A stretch of DNA of 64,000 bases, from the NCBI GenBank assembly GCA_965113315.1, contig OZ220376.1; one strand, written 5' to 3'. This stretch comes from Podarcis vaucheri (Eukaryota). The position numbers were made by a program, and so were the translations under genes. Shown piece by piece: positions 12,850-22,510 of this stretch (positions are counted from its first letter, which is position 1; every line of letters begins with the position of its first letter). The notes under the pieces are model-generated. The model ran no database searches, had not been told where the DNA came from, and saw only the letters and a program-made list of their open reading frames with translations.

Positions 12850-12958
12850 TTCTGGTTCGATCCCCGTATGGGACAGCTGCAGATCCCTGCATTGCAGGGG
12901 GCTGGACTAGATGATCCACAGGGTCCCTGCCAACTCTACAGTTCTATGACTCTATGAT
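12850..12958 (+). mobile_element. Short tRNA-headed SINE fragment with young-CR1-type tail
   Basis: B-box GGTTCGATCCCC followed by GCAGGGGGCTGGACTAGATGATC...CCAACTCTACAGTTCTATGACTCTATGA, homologous to the CR1 tail at 721-780. Confidence 0.65.
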
Positions 12959-13054
12959 CCCATAGCACATTCCTAGTCCCGGCAGCTGGGAGACAGGCTG
13001 GAAAGCGTGGGGGCAATGACTACTGAAACCAGGTGCTGCAGTCAAGGAGGGGCT

Positions 13055-13645
13055 TTGGTTCCCAATGTGGGCAGTACCACCCCCACCCCCAGAGGAGGGG
13101 AGTGGGATTACCTTGCTGGGAAGTGCTCAGAGGCAAGAGGAGGTGTAAATGACTATCAGACTTCAACAAGCTAGTATCACTGGATCAAGTTCACCAGTTT
13201 TGTTGAATTCATTCAACGAAATACAATGGTACCTCGGGTCACATACACTTCAGGTTACGGACGCTTCAGGTTACAGACTCCGCTAACCCAGAAATATTAC
13301 CTCGGGTTAAGAACTTTGCTTCAGGATGAGAACAGAAATCGTGCGGCAGCAGCAGAAGGCTCCATTAGCTAAAGTGGTGCTTCAGGTTAAGAACAGTTTC
13401 AAGTTAAGAACAGACCTCCAGAACGAATTTAAGTTCTTAACCCGAGGTACCACTGTATTTTTAAGTGGATTGTAAATAAATGTGCAGTTAATTGTTACTG
13501 TTTTGAATTCTATTGTATTAGTATCTTCTTTAGTGGGTTCTGCAAACCAGTGTTCTGAATAATGTCTTTTATAGGGCAGAGGGTCACTTGGGATGAGCTT
13601 ATTGAACCAAGGGGGCAGTGGGCCAAGAGAATTTGGGTACCTTTG
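13055..13645. mobile_element. Old non-autonomous hAT element hosting a family-A MITE at 13224-13455 (related copies at 16343-16840 in opposite orientation, and 46700-47009)
   Basis: Degenerate TIRs of the CAGTGGTTCCCAA type. Internal sequence (TGGATCAAGTTCA...TTCTGAATAATG..TTTTATAG) is shared by the three copies. The nested MITE has TA flanks. Confidence 0.75.
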
Positions 13646-13669
13646 GGCCAAAGGTTTCCCCAGCTGGGA

Positions 13670-13866
13670 GTTACAAAGGAAGCTGCCTTCCACCAAGTTG
13701 GACCACTGATCCAACTAGCTCCGTATTGTCTGCACTGAGTGTCATCAGCTCTACAGGGCTGCAGACTGGGAATCTCTCCCAGCTCTACATGGAGATGCCA
13801 GGGATTGAACCTGGGACCCTCTACTGCAAAGCAGATGCTCTAACCACAGAGCCAAGGCCATTTCCC
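13670..13866 (-). mobile_element. tRNA-derived SINE with a (TTCCTATG)-type tail (other copies at about 25590-25785 +, 29548-29740 -, 30580-32275 + interrupted, 34320-34495 +, 42393-42800 + interrupted, 42838-43395 + interrupted, 50003-50490 + interrupted, 57320-57452 -, 60885-61065 +)
   Basis: Consensus visible across copies: GGGGAAGGGCCATAGCTCAGTGGTAGAGCATCTGCTTTGCATGCAGAAGGTCCCAGGTTCAATCCCTGGCATCTCCA (A and B boxes), then ...GCCAGTCAGTGTAGACAATACTGAGCTAGATGGACCAATGGTCTGA...AAGGCAGCTTCCT. Confidence 0.8.
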
Positions 13867-15198
13867 CACGAATGAGGGCTCTCTTGAACCACCTTACGAC
13901 ACACATACATACATATATACATACAGGCCAATATGCACACACTGGCATTTCTCACCAACAAATTTGGCTTGTGAGGCTGCAGGATTTCAATTTGATGTTA
14001 GCTCCGTAGACAAAAAAAACCCCACCACATTGTTTTGGGCAGAGACCGGTTTTTGCAAGCAAACCGGAACTGGCCAATTTGTTTGTTTGTTGCCTTGAGA
14101 GCAATTTCTCAAAAAGCAGTCAGGGCTGTTGCTTCTCCGCCTCCCCGTCCCTACCTTCAAAAATAATGTTAGATGATTAAACCTTGGCTGAATGTAGCAG
14201 GTGCAGTTTTGTCTCATGCTTGAGGGGTCCCTTGATGCTGGAAGCAGAAAGCAGGGAGGGGAGTCTTGATGGGTTTTGCAGACCATGGAACCTCTTGGGA
14301 TGATGCTGGTGGTGTCATGGCAGGGGCAAGGGGAGGAGCTTACTGGATCAAGCCCCCTCCCCTTCTCCAGGAGGAAGGGAATTGGGAGATGGACAGCTCT
14401 GAAGGGGGGGGGTTATTTCCCTGTCTCATTTTTTTTAGTTGGAGAGACTAAATGCAAGAGGGAATCACAGAAAGCTGAGAGGCTCCTTGAGATTCCCATT
14501 ATCACTCCAGTATTGCAGGACAGAAAATCTTTAACCCTTTAACTGCCAAGTGTGCATGTAAGAAAAAGTGATAAGAAAAGGTGGTCATTTATTCTGCTGG
14601 GGTAAATGGAAGGTACAAAAAATTTCAGCTATACTGGAACATCACACAGATCTTGAGACCTAGGCCCTTTGCACAACAGTGTTCTTAAACTTTGAAAAAT
14701 GCGAAGGAATTACTGTCTTCCCAAAGTGATTTTTAAATTTCAGCTCCACTTATAATGGAAAGCAGGCAGTAATCACCTACCAACGCACAGCCCTGGTTAA
14801 TAGCTGAAGCCTGAGGTGAGATCTCATGTTAATCAAGCACTTCAATTAGCATTTAGTTAGGAGAGATTCAAATAAAAACCTCTCCCACAGCCCTCAGTTC
14901 ACACTTGAGACTATACCCAAAGATTTGTTAGATTCAAGTAGGAATGGGAGGAGGGAGGCAGGGGGAGATTTGATTCAGTTTGTACTGAAAGGCGAACCAA
15001 GTTATTTTACACCATCTGAAACAGTATGTGAACTCAAGCACAGTGATCTCTTGAAATTCTTACTTCTCCAAATTTTGCAGTGCTGTTCTCCAGCCGAGTC
15101 ATGTGGGGAGGAAAAAAAAATGCTCCCCTGGCCACATGGAGGAAATTCTTGCTCCCAACAAGGACTCCCCAGGAAACTATCAACTTACAAGTCCAATA

Positions 15199-15531
15199 CA
15201 GTGGTGCCTCGAAAGACGAAATTAATCCGTTCCGCGAGTCTCTTCGTCTAGTGGTTTTATCGTCTTGTGAAGCAACCCTATTAGCGGCTTAGCGGATTAG
15301 CGCTATTAGCGGTTTAGCGGCTATTAAAGGCTTAGCGGCTTAGCGGCTAAAAGGCTATTAGCGGCTTAGCGGCTTAGAAAAAGGGGGGAGGGGGGAAATT
15401 GCAAGACTTTTTCGTTTTGCGAAGCAAGCCCATAGGGAAATTCGTCTTGCGAAGCGCATCAAAAAACGCAAAACCCTTTCGTCTAGTGGGTTTTTTGTCT
15501 TGCGAGGCATTCGTCTTGCGGGGCACCGCTG
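15199..15531. mobile_element. Tc1/mariner MITE, family B, with an internal (TTAGCGGC)n minisatellite, 60 bp from the exon-4 donor
   Basis: TIRs CAGTGGTGCCTCG..AGACGAA / TTCGTCTTGCGGGGCACCGCTG, TA flanks, tandem TTAGCGGC at 15281-15377. Confidence 0.88.
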
Positions 15532-15591
15532 TACTTGGAGCAAACAAATGCAAAATTAAACAAATATAAGATGTGGGGAAAATTCACTTAC

Positions 15592-15740
15592 TGCTCCAAG
15601 CATGATTCTGAAGATAAGCCATCGATAGCCCCAGATGACTATGCGGGAAGGTGGTGTGCGTCTGGGCAACTGGGAAAGTGTCCAGAGAGGGCAGAGGAAT
15701 ATTCCTAAAAAACCTGTCTCCAGAAGCTGAGATTCCCATC
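15592..15740 (-). CDS. LMF1: LMF1 coding exon 4 (149 nt; (G)WESQLLETGFLGIFLCPLWTLSQLPRRTPPSRIVIWGYRWLIFRIMLGA)
   Basis: Acceptor tatttctcctctag at 15741, donor GCA|GTAAGT at 15591. The translation is near-identical to LMF1 (WESQLLETGFLGIFLCPLWTLS...RWLIFRIMLGA). Its reading frame is absent from the ORF track. Confidence 0.97.
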
Positions 15741-16342
15741 CTAGAGGAGAAATAATGGGAGTTACACATTAGTTTGCTGGAGAACTAAGAGACAGTTCAG
15801 CTGCAACATGCAGCTTTATTGTCAGCAGGGTGATGGTCTCTGCTAAGCCGAGAGATCGCAATGTTTGGGCATAAGTGGAAGGAAATACCTCCCGAGTTAT
15901 GTAGCTTCCAAAAAGGTAGCCTGCTTCAGCAAAAACAAGAAAGGCTACCACTTTTTATTTCCTATCATGAGATACATTCATTTATTTAGAAGCGTTTACA
16001 AACCACTTAGTATTTCAAACATCTCTTTCAAATAGTTTTAAAAACAAACAATATAACATTAAAACAAAAACCGCAAAAATAATACCAATAAAACAGTAGT
16101 TACAGAAGAATCAAAAATTTGGGAGATCTAAGCAGATAACACAGGATCTTATAACACAGGAAAAGCCTGGGCAAAAAAACAGAGCCTTCGGGAGAAACCT
16201 AAAGCAACTGATAGCGGCTGCTTCACATATGGAAGAGGAAAGGGTTAGGCAACAGCAGAAAATGTCCGTTTTCGGGTCACTGCCTTACGATGGGCATGTG
16301 GGGCATGCTACCAACAGCATAATTTCCCCAGATGACCTAAGT

Positions 16343-16840
16343 CAATGGTTCCCAAAATATTTCGCCTGCTTGGTCCCATAGATTCATCTCCAGTGACCCC
16401 TACTCTATAAAAAACATTATTCAGAATAAAAGTTTGCACAATCCACTAAGGAAGATAATAACACAATACAGTTCAAAAGAGCAACAATTAATTGCACGTT
16501 TATTCAAAAACCAATTAAAACTATTTAGTTTAATTAATTCCACAACACTGATGAGTTTGATCCAGTGGCACAAGCTTCTCTGATTGACATCCACAGCTCT
16601 AGCACCCCCCTGCTGATCCCATTGGAATCATAGCATCCCTTAGGTCAGGGGTTCTCAACCTGTGGGTCCCCAGATGTTGTTGGACTACAACTCCCATCAT
16701 CCCTGAGCTCTGGCCTTGCTAGTTAGGGGTGATGGGAGTTGTAGTTCAACAACATCTGGGGACGCACAGGTTGAGAAAAGCTGCCTTAAGTAATCTCATT
16801 GCCACCCAAGGGGTGGTACCATCCACTTTGGGAACCACTG
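16343..16840. mobile_element. Non-autonomous hAT element with a nested palindromic hAT MITE (16646-16783)
   Basis: Outer TIRs CAATGGTTCCCAAA / TTTGGGAACCACTG. The inner MITE is an almost complete hairpin with an 8-bp TSD, CCTTAGGT (16638-16645) / CCTTAAGT (16784-16791). Confidence 0.85.
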
Positions 16841-19339
16841 ACGTAGAGCAATATAATAATAATTTATAATAATAATTTATTATTTATACCCCGCCCATCT
16901 GGCTGAGTTTCCCCAGCCATTGGGATATTCTTGCCTTGGGATATTTTTTCCATTCACCCACCAACGTCCCCTGCTTATCAAATGTGTTAAGAGAGGTAGA
17001 ATTCCATCCCATGTCATACCAAGTTACAATATTTGCATTTTATTTCCCTTCCAGCTCCAGCAAAACACACACAACATAAAATATCCAAATGATTATTGAG
17101 AAAAGGAGGGAGGGGACATAAAAGAGTTTACACTGATGAAAAAAGACTTTTATAGAAGGGCCTTCACTCTGCTTAGTTATTAGTGGGAGTTCTTTGTTCT
17201 CTGTTACTCTGTACTTGTTTAAAATTCAATAAAATATATATTAAAAGACAAAATAAGAGGGTCTGCCCTGTTACTATTTCAGTGTGAGCAAAACAACTAA
17301 GTCACAAGTTGAACAAAAAGACATACATCTTAGTAAAGTAAATGTGACAGAAACAATAAACAACCCAATTGCGATGTATCAGTTAAATGAATTCCACTAA
17401 TTAAATGAACAACATACATATATCAGTAGAAAAGGTATATAAATAGCAATAGAATAAGTTCCATATATGAATAAGGTTTGTCCTTATTTCTATGTACACA
17501 TTCCAAACAAGAGAATTTTTGACATATTAATTCTACTGCTGGTTTTAATATTAATCTATAGTTGCTTAGAACTTGTACAAAAATATTAACTCTCCTGTTG
17601 GTTAAAATATTAATCTTACTGTTGTTTGGAACTTGAAGGACCGCCTTAGGCAAATATATAATGGGAAAAATAAGTACACCCTTGCTGAAGCAAGATTATT
17701 CCATAAACAAGAACCTTCCCAATTTACACATGCTGGAGACAATTTTAGCTCACAAACTCTGCTGAGTATCCTTCACCTATACTTAAGTCAGTGTTTCCTA
17801 AATTCCTGACAGCAGAGAGAAACATTCTGAATTGAAACTGGAAGAATGATTCACATATATATCCCCCTTCTCAAAAGTAAGCCTATTGCCTGTCCTCAGA
17901 GCCCACTGACTGGGTCTCCCAAATACATCAGGGCAAGCACAGAAAAGGAATTCATCCAGAGTTGCAAGAGGAAGCTTGGCACAGGGAAGAGTAAACAAAT
18001 GCACCAGGTTGCTTCTGATACAGGTATCACTGCTGTTATAAAGGTGGCCGGGGCAGAGCAATGAATCATACAGAGATGCAGCAGGCAGCCTCCTGGTGGG
18101 AAGGGACTGAAGCTCACAGAAGCTTTTATTTATGTATTACGGGACAGGTAACCAGGTCTCTCAAAACACATTAGGGGCTGCTGTGTTTTGGGAATCACGG
18201 CGTCGCATAATTAAAGGGCTGTTGAATAACAGAAAATGTGCAGATCTTGATCTCATGATGAGCAAGACTATTTTCTGAATATTGAAGGAAAGCAAAAAAT
18301 AACCATGAATGGAACAGCCTTTTTGTTCTGCTAACTGTAGACCCAACAATTCCCTTCAATTAAAACTTAATGACTGTTTTCCCCTTCATGATTGAGCTTT
18401 GATTATAAAAAAAGGGGGGGATTCTCATTTTCTCTGCACACATCCTGTGGTTTCTAGGAGATAACACTCACTGCCAAAGCCAGCACTTTTTGTGGAGCAG
18501 AACGCAGATCTGCAGTTGCAAAAGCAGCTGCATCAGAAAGGCGAGGGGAGACGGCAGAGCTTGAAAGGTTAATTGTTCCTGATGGCGGCCACAAATAGCA
18601 GTTATGGGCTCTGAACTGGCACCCGAAGGGTAGTATATCTCACTTGATTCAGCCCGAACAAGAACCCCAGTGTTATCAGGGCTTTCACATGCTAATTATT
18701 ACAACCCTCTTCCAGAAAAAACAACTGGGTCCACTGGATCACCACCCGACAGTGCATTATCCCCCCACCCCAATTCTTCAACAGGAATCCTGCAGGCCAC
18801 ATCAGCCCCCTACCTCATTCTCTCTCCCCCACCCACATCACCCAGCACCATTGCCCCATTCATTTTCTTCTCAGCTGCCCTAGCTCCAACCACCACACTC
18901 CCTTTTGTCTGCGCTAAACACACATCTGTATTAAGAGGAAGTCACAAGTGGGGAGTCTCTGGCCAAATGATATTTGGCTCTTTTAGACTCTGCCCAGGCC
19001 ATGTCCTTCACGGGCCCTGCTCTGCACACTCTTGAGGGGCTCTTGCCTGGCTGGACTGCAATCGTGCCTCTTGTTTGATTGGATGGAGAACTATTGATTG
19101 TGTGAGCAGAAGCCGCTGTGTATGGCTGGATGTAAAAGAGAACAGCCAACTGTTTCACCTGGCCCCACCTGCAACTGGTCTGCGGCCCTCGGAAGGTTGC
19201 TAACAGGCCCTCAGATGTAAAGGAGCAGTGTGTTATCAGCATATTGATGACAACGTACTCCAAAACTCTGGATAACCTAACTCAGCAGTTTCATGTAGAT
19301 GTTATCCATAGCATGAGGGACATAACTGAACCTTGAGGA

Positions 19340-20250
19340 ACCCCACACTGAAGGCTCTGTGGGGCCGAAGAACACTCCCCAAGTATCACTTTCTAGAAAC
19401 AACCATCCAATTAGGACCAGAGCCACCTCCAAGCAAAGCCACCCACCCCTAGCTCGGACAGCTGCTCCAGAAGTATACCATGGTCGATGGTATTGAAGGC
19501 CACTGAGAGGCTGAGGAGAATTAACAGGGACACATTTACCCTGTCTCTCGCCCAACAGATGTAATCAAAGCAGTTTCTGTGCCAAAACCAACCCAAAGCT
19601 ACAACTGAAATACATCTAGAAAACCAGATTCCTCCAAGAGCACATGGATCTGGTTCACGGCCACCTGCTCAAGAACTTTGCCCAAGAAGGTGAGATTGGT
19701 AACTGGTCAGTAGTTACTTTGATTTTCCAAATGTAGGGAGGTCTTATTGAAGAGTGGTTTTACCATTGCCTCTTTCAACCCCATCCCACAAGGGGGCATT
19801 AATCATCTCCCTGGCCCAGCTAGTTTTCCCCTTTCTAATTTTGATGAGCCAAGAGGAGCAAGGGTCCAGAGCGCATGTGGTCATCCTGGCCAATCCAAGC
19901 ATCTTGTCCATATCCTCAAGCCTCATCCAACACAACAGGACTAGGCAGTGCTCTGGACACCCCTTGAGATTCGTCCGATGTAAGAGTGGAGTCAAGATGC
20001 CAGTGGATACAAGCGGTTTAATCCTCAAAACACTTTGCAAACAACTCACAGTGAGCTACCATCAGTTCTGCCATCTCCTTCGGGCCAGACTGTAAGAGGC
20101 CCCACACAACCCAGAAAAGCTCTGCCAGATGACACAATGAGGATACAATGGAGGCCGTCCATTGCTGCCTTCACTGCCACTAAGTAAGCTTGATGATGAG
20201 CCCTCACCAGTGTTTGATTGCATGCAACCAGAATTTTCCTCTACTCACGT
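19340..20250 (-). mobile_element. L2-clade LINE ORF2 (reverse transcriptase) fragment, decayed
   Basis: Motifs recovered across frames: TTCALDPCSSWLIK, SNY*PVTNLTFLGKVLEQV (NYRP motif with an in-frame stop), SLLILLSLSVAFNTIDHGILL (LDLSAAFDTVDH motif). Confidence 0.85.
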
Positions 20251-20517
20251 TGGAGCTGCCTGGCTGCTTGTATCCACACCCTAACTCTGGAGTGCTATTG
20301 CACTGAAGCCCCAGACTGGCAGGTGCTCATGTGAGTTTCAATTTAAAACATCTGGCAGGCACTGGGTTCTCAAAAGCTGACATATATCCTTCTTGAAGTG
20401 CAGTGCCCAGAATAGGACACAGTACATCAGAAGAGATCCAACTTGCATGGAACAAATGGAAGAACCGCTTCTTGTGACTTGGAAACTCTGGTCCCAGTAA
20501 CACCCACTAAAATTTCA

Positions 20518-20713
20518 AAATAAAAAAATTCCTTCCAGTAGCACCTTAAAGACCAACTAAGCTAGTTCTTGGTATGAGCTTTCGTGTGCATGCACATTTC
20601 TTCAGATGCCACCCGAAAGCTCATACCAAGAACTAACTTAGTTGGTCTTTAAGGTGCTACTGAAAGGAATTTTTTTATTTTGACTATGGCAGACCAACAC
20701 GGCTACCTATCTG
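20518..20713. mobile_element. Penelope-like element terminal (pLTR) fragment in inverted-repeat configuration, inserted in a CR1 remnant
   Basis: About 70-bp inverted arms (20515-20584 / 20614-20683) and a 14-bp TSD CCACTAAAATTTCA (20504-20517, 20714-20727). Sequence such as GTAGCACCTTAAAGACCAAC and AGACCAACACGGCTACC is typical of sauropsid Penelope ends. Confidence 0.8.
20571..20610 (-). ncRNA. Minimal type-I hammerhead ribozyme motif (degenerate copy)
   Basis: Minus strand GGCAT-CTGAAGA-AA-TGTGC-AT-GCACA-C-GAAA-GC-TC-ATACC. It has the CUGANGA and GAAA boxes, stem II TGTGC/GCACA, a palindromic AGCT stem III, a UH cleavage site (UC), and stem I GGCAT/ATACC with one mismatch. Confidence 0.7.
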
Positions 20714-22463
20714 CCACTAAAATTTCATTAGCCTTTGCAGCCAGGTCACACTGCATTCAGCTCCACCACAGAATAACGACCCTGTTTGAATACCACCCGG
20801 AAGAGGATTTGCAGCAGCCCTGAGAGTCACCAAATGCACCAGCGTAAGACGCGCGGAAGAGCAGGCCTCTGTTCCAACGTGAAAAATGAGGAGTGCCTCC
20901 AAATGGTATTCCCATCAAGTGCTTGTGAACCGCTCTTCATACTGCAGATAGGGGCCCAATAGGTGCAGTTCTGAATTGTGTGTCTGTGTCAACTGGGGGC
21001 GGGGAGGCCTCAATGGAGCCTCCAAAACCACAAGACCACACAGCAGGCTCCTTCGCTTCCCCTTCCTTTTTCTTGGATCCCAGCTGCTGGCAGGGGCTCA
21101 CCCACTAGATTTTAATTTGTACCTGGCACAACACACACCCTTAGGCATTTTATTACTATTACTATATCAGGCAGGTGAGGAAGGGACCCCAAACCCAGTA
21201 AGGGAAAAGGGGGGAGTACAGCTTAGAATTTCACCCGATGTACCAGAATGCCTAATGGCCTGGAATTCTCTGCATGGAAATTTATGGGGGGCTTTTTGGC
21301 CTAGAAGGCTGATCTCCCCCACCCCTCCTGGTGCACCTGCCAGGCTTCTTCCAGAGCTGAATTCCTGGCACTGCCATCTTCTGGGGATGGTTCCAACATC
21401 CCAATCTCGTTTTAAAATGTGCCAGGGTTTATTTATTGAGGTGGATAATTCCATCATGCAGCTGGAAAGGGCTTGGAAGGAGGGGTGAAGAGAATCTTAT
21501 TGATGAGCCAGCCTGGAGTAAACAGAGCTCCCCCAGCTGTTAAAAAAACACAAAATAAATTATTAAGTTACCCACTGACACCAGCAACAGCTGAGACAGT
21601 GATCAACAGTGTTTAATGGTCAGTGAGGCCAGAGAGCACCATCATTTCAAAATATTCAACGGAGTGGGCAGCCCCCAGTTTAGAAAATGTATTTTATTTT
21701 TAATAATTTTATTGATTTTTAAAAATTAATGAGCCCTTAACAAAAAAATCTCAAGGTATACTGTGAAAATACACCATAGGGATATACAGTCTGCAGTCTG
21801 AAGTGTAGAATATGATTTAACCCAGAAAAAACAAACAAATGTCTGGATGTCTGAAAATTCAGGATTGTTTTCCTTATTCGAATAATCAACAAAACAGCAC
21901 CAATCAGTTATAAATGAGTTTGTGTGTCTCTGTCTGTCAGCTGGTCATATTTTGCTGCTCTTTCAGCCTTTGGTTAGCAATGGCTACTGCTAACTGGGCA
22001 GTTTTTTACAGATTGGGGTATCACTCTAATAGTCCTCTTCTTCCCCACAAATTTGTCTCACCTCCTTTCACAACCATTACCCTAAGGAAAACAGAAGTCT
22101 ATCTTTCCCAATAATATATGGAAAACCCAACTTCAGTATAACTGGTGAGGATTCCATTTTCCTACTTCAATAGTAAGATTACCTTACAGAAGCCAGTGAG
22201 AAACAGATTTCCCCTCCTGAACCCTGCTGAAGTAGTGCAAGCACCCATCATCAGACCCAGACTTTTCCACAATGAATCAAGCAGGCCCGAGGTCTGCACA
22301 TGAAGCTGGGAGATATGGCATCACAGCTTGCTAGGAATTTGTAAGCAAACTCTGAAGAACGGTCATAGTTCAGAGGCACAGTACACACTTTGCATGCAGA
22401 AGGTCTCCAGTGGCACTACTGAATTAGATGAGCCAATGTTCTGACCCAATATGAGGCAGCTTC

Positions 22464-22466
<3 letters not shown>

Positions 22467-22506
<40 letters not shown>
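22467..22506. repeat. (CA)n microsatellite
   Basis: About 20 CA units. Confidence 0.95.

Positions 22507-22510
<4 letters not shown>

Noticed and set aside
15281-15377. Interstitial telomeric repeat
   Set aside because: The unit is TTAGCGGC, not TTAGGG, and it lies inside a MITE.
1-15591. LMF1 exon 5 (expected GLIKIRGD.CW.DLTCM..HYE) and later exons
   Set aside because: No matching minus-strand sequence with splice sites found by eye. It probably lies left of the window, though a manual miss cannot be excluded.
15769-15951. ORF starting VAFLVF..., resembling the exon-2 start, plus a small GGTAGCCT...AGGCTACC hairpin
   Set aside because: Similarity is limited to 5 residues with different codons, the upstream sequence is purine-rich (no acceptor), and nothing else aligns.
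20976-21488. 170-aa ORF; likewise 10466-10942, 58092-58568 and 63098-63589
   Set aside because: Non-ATG starts, no recognisable domain or exon structure; consistent with chance ORFs in intronic or repeat DNA.
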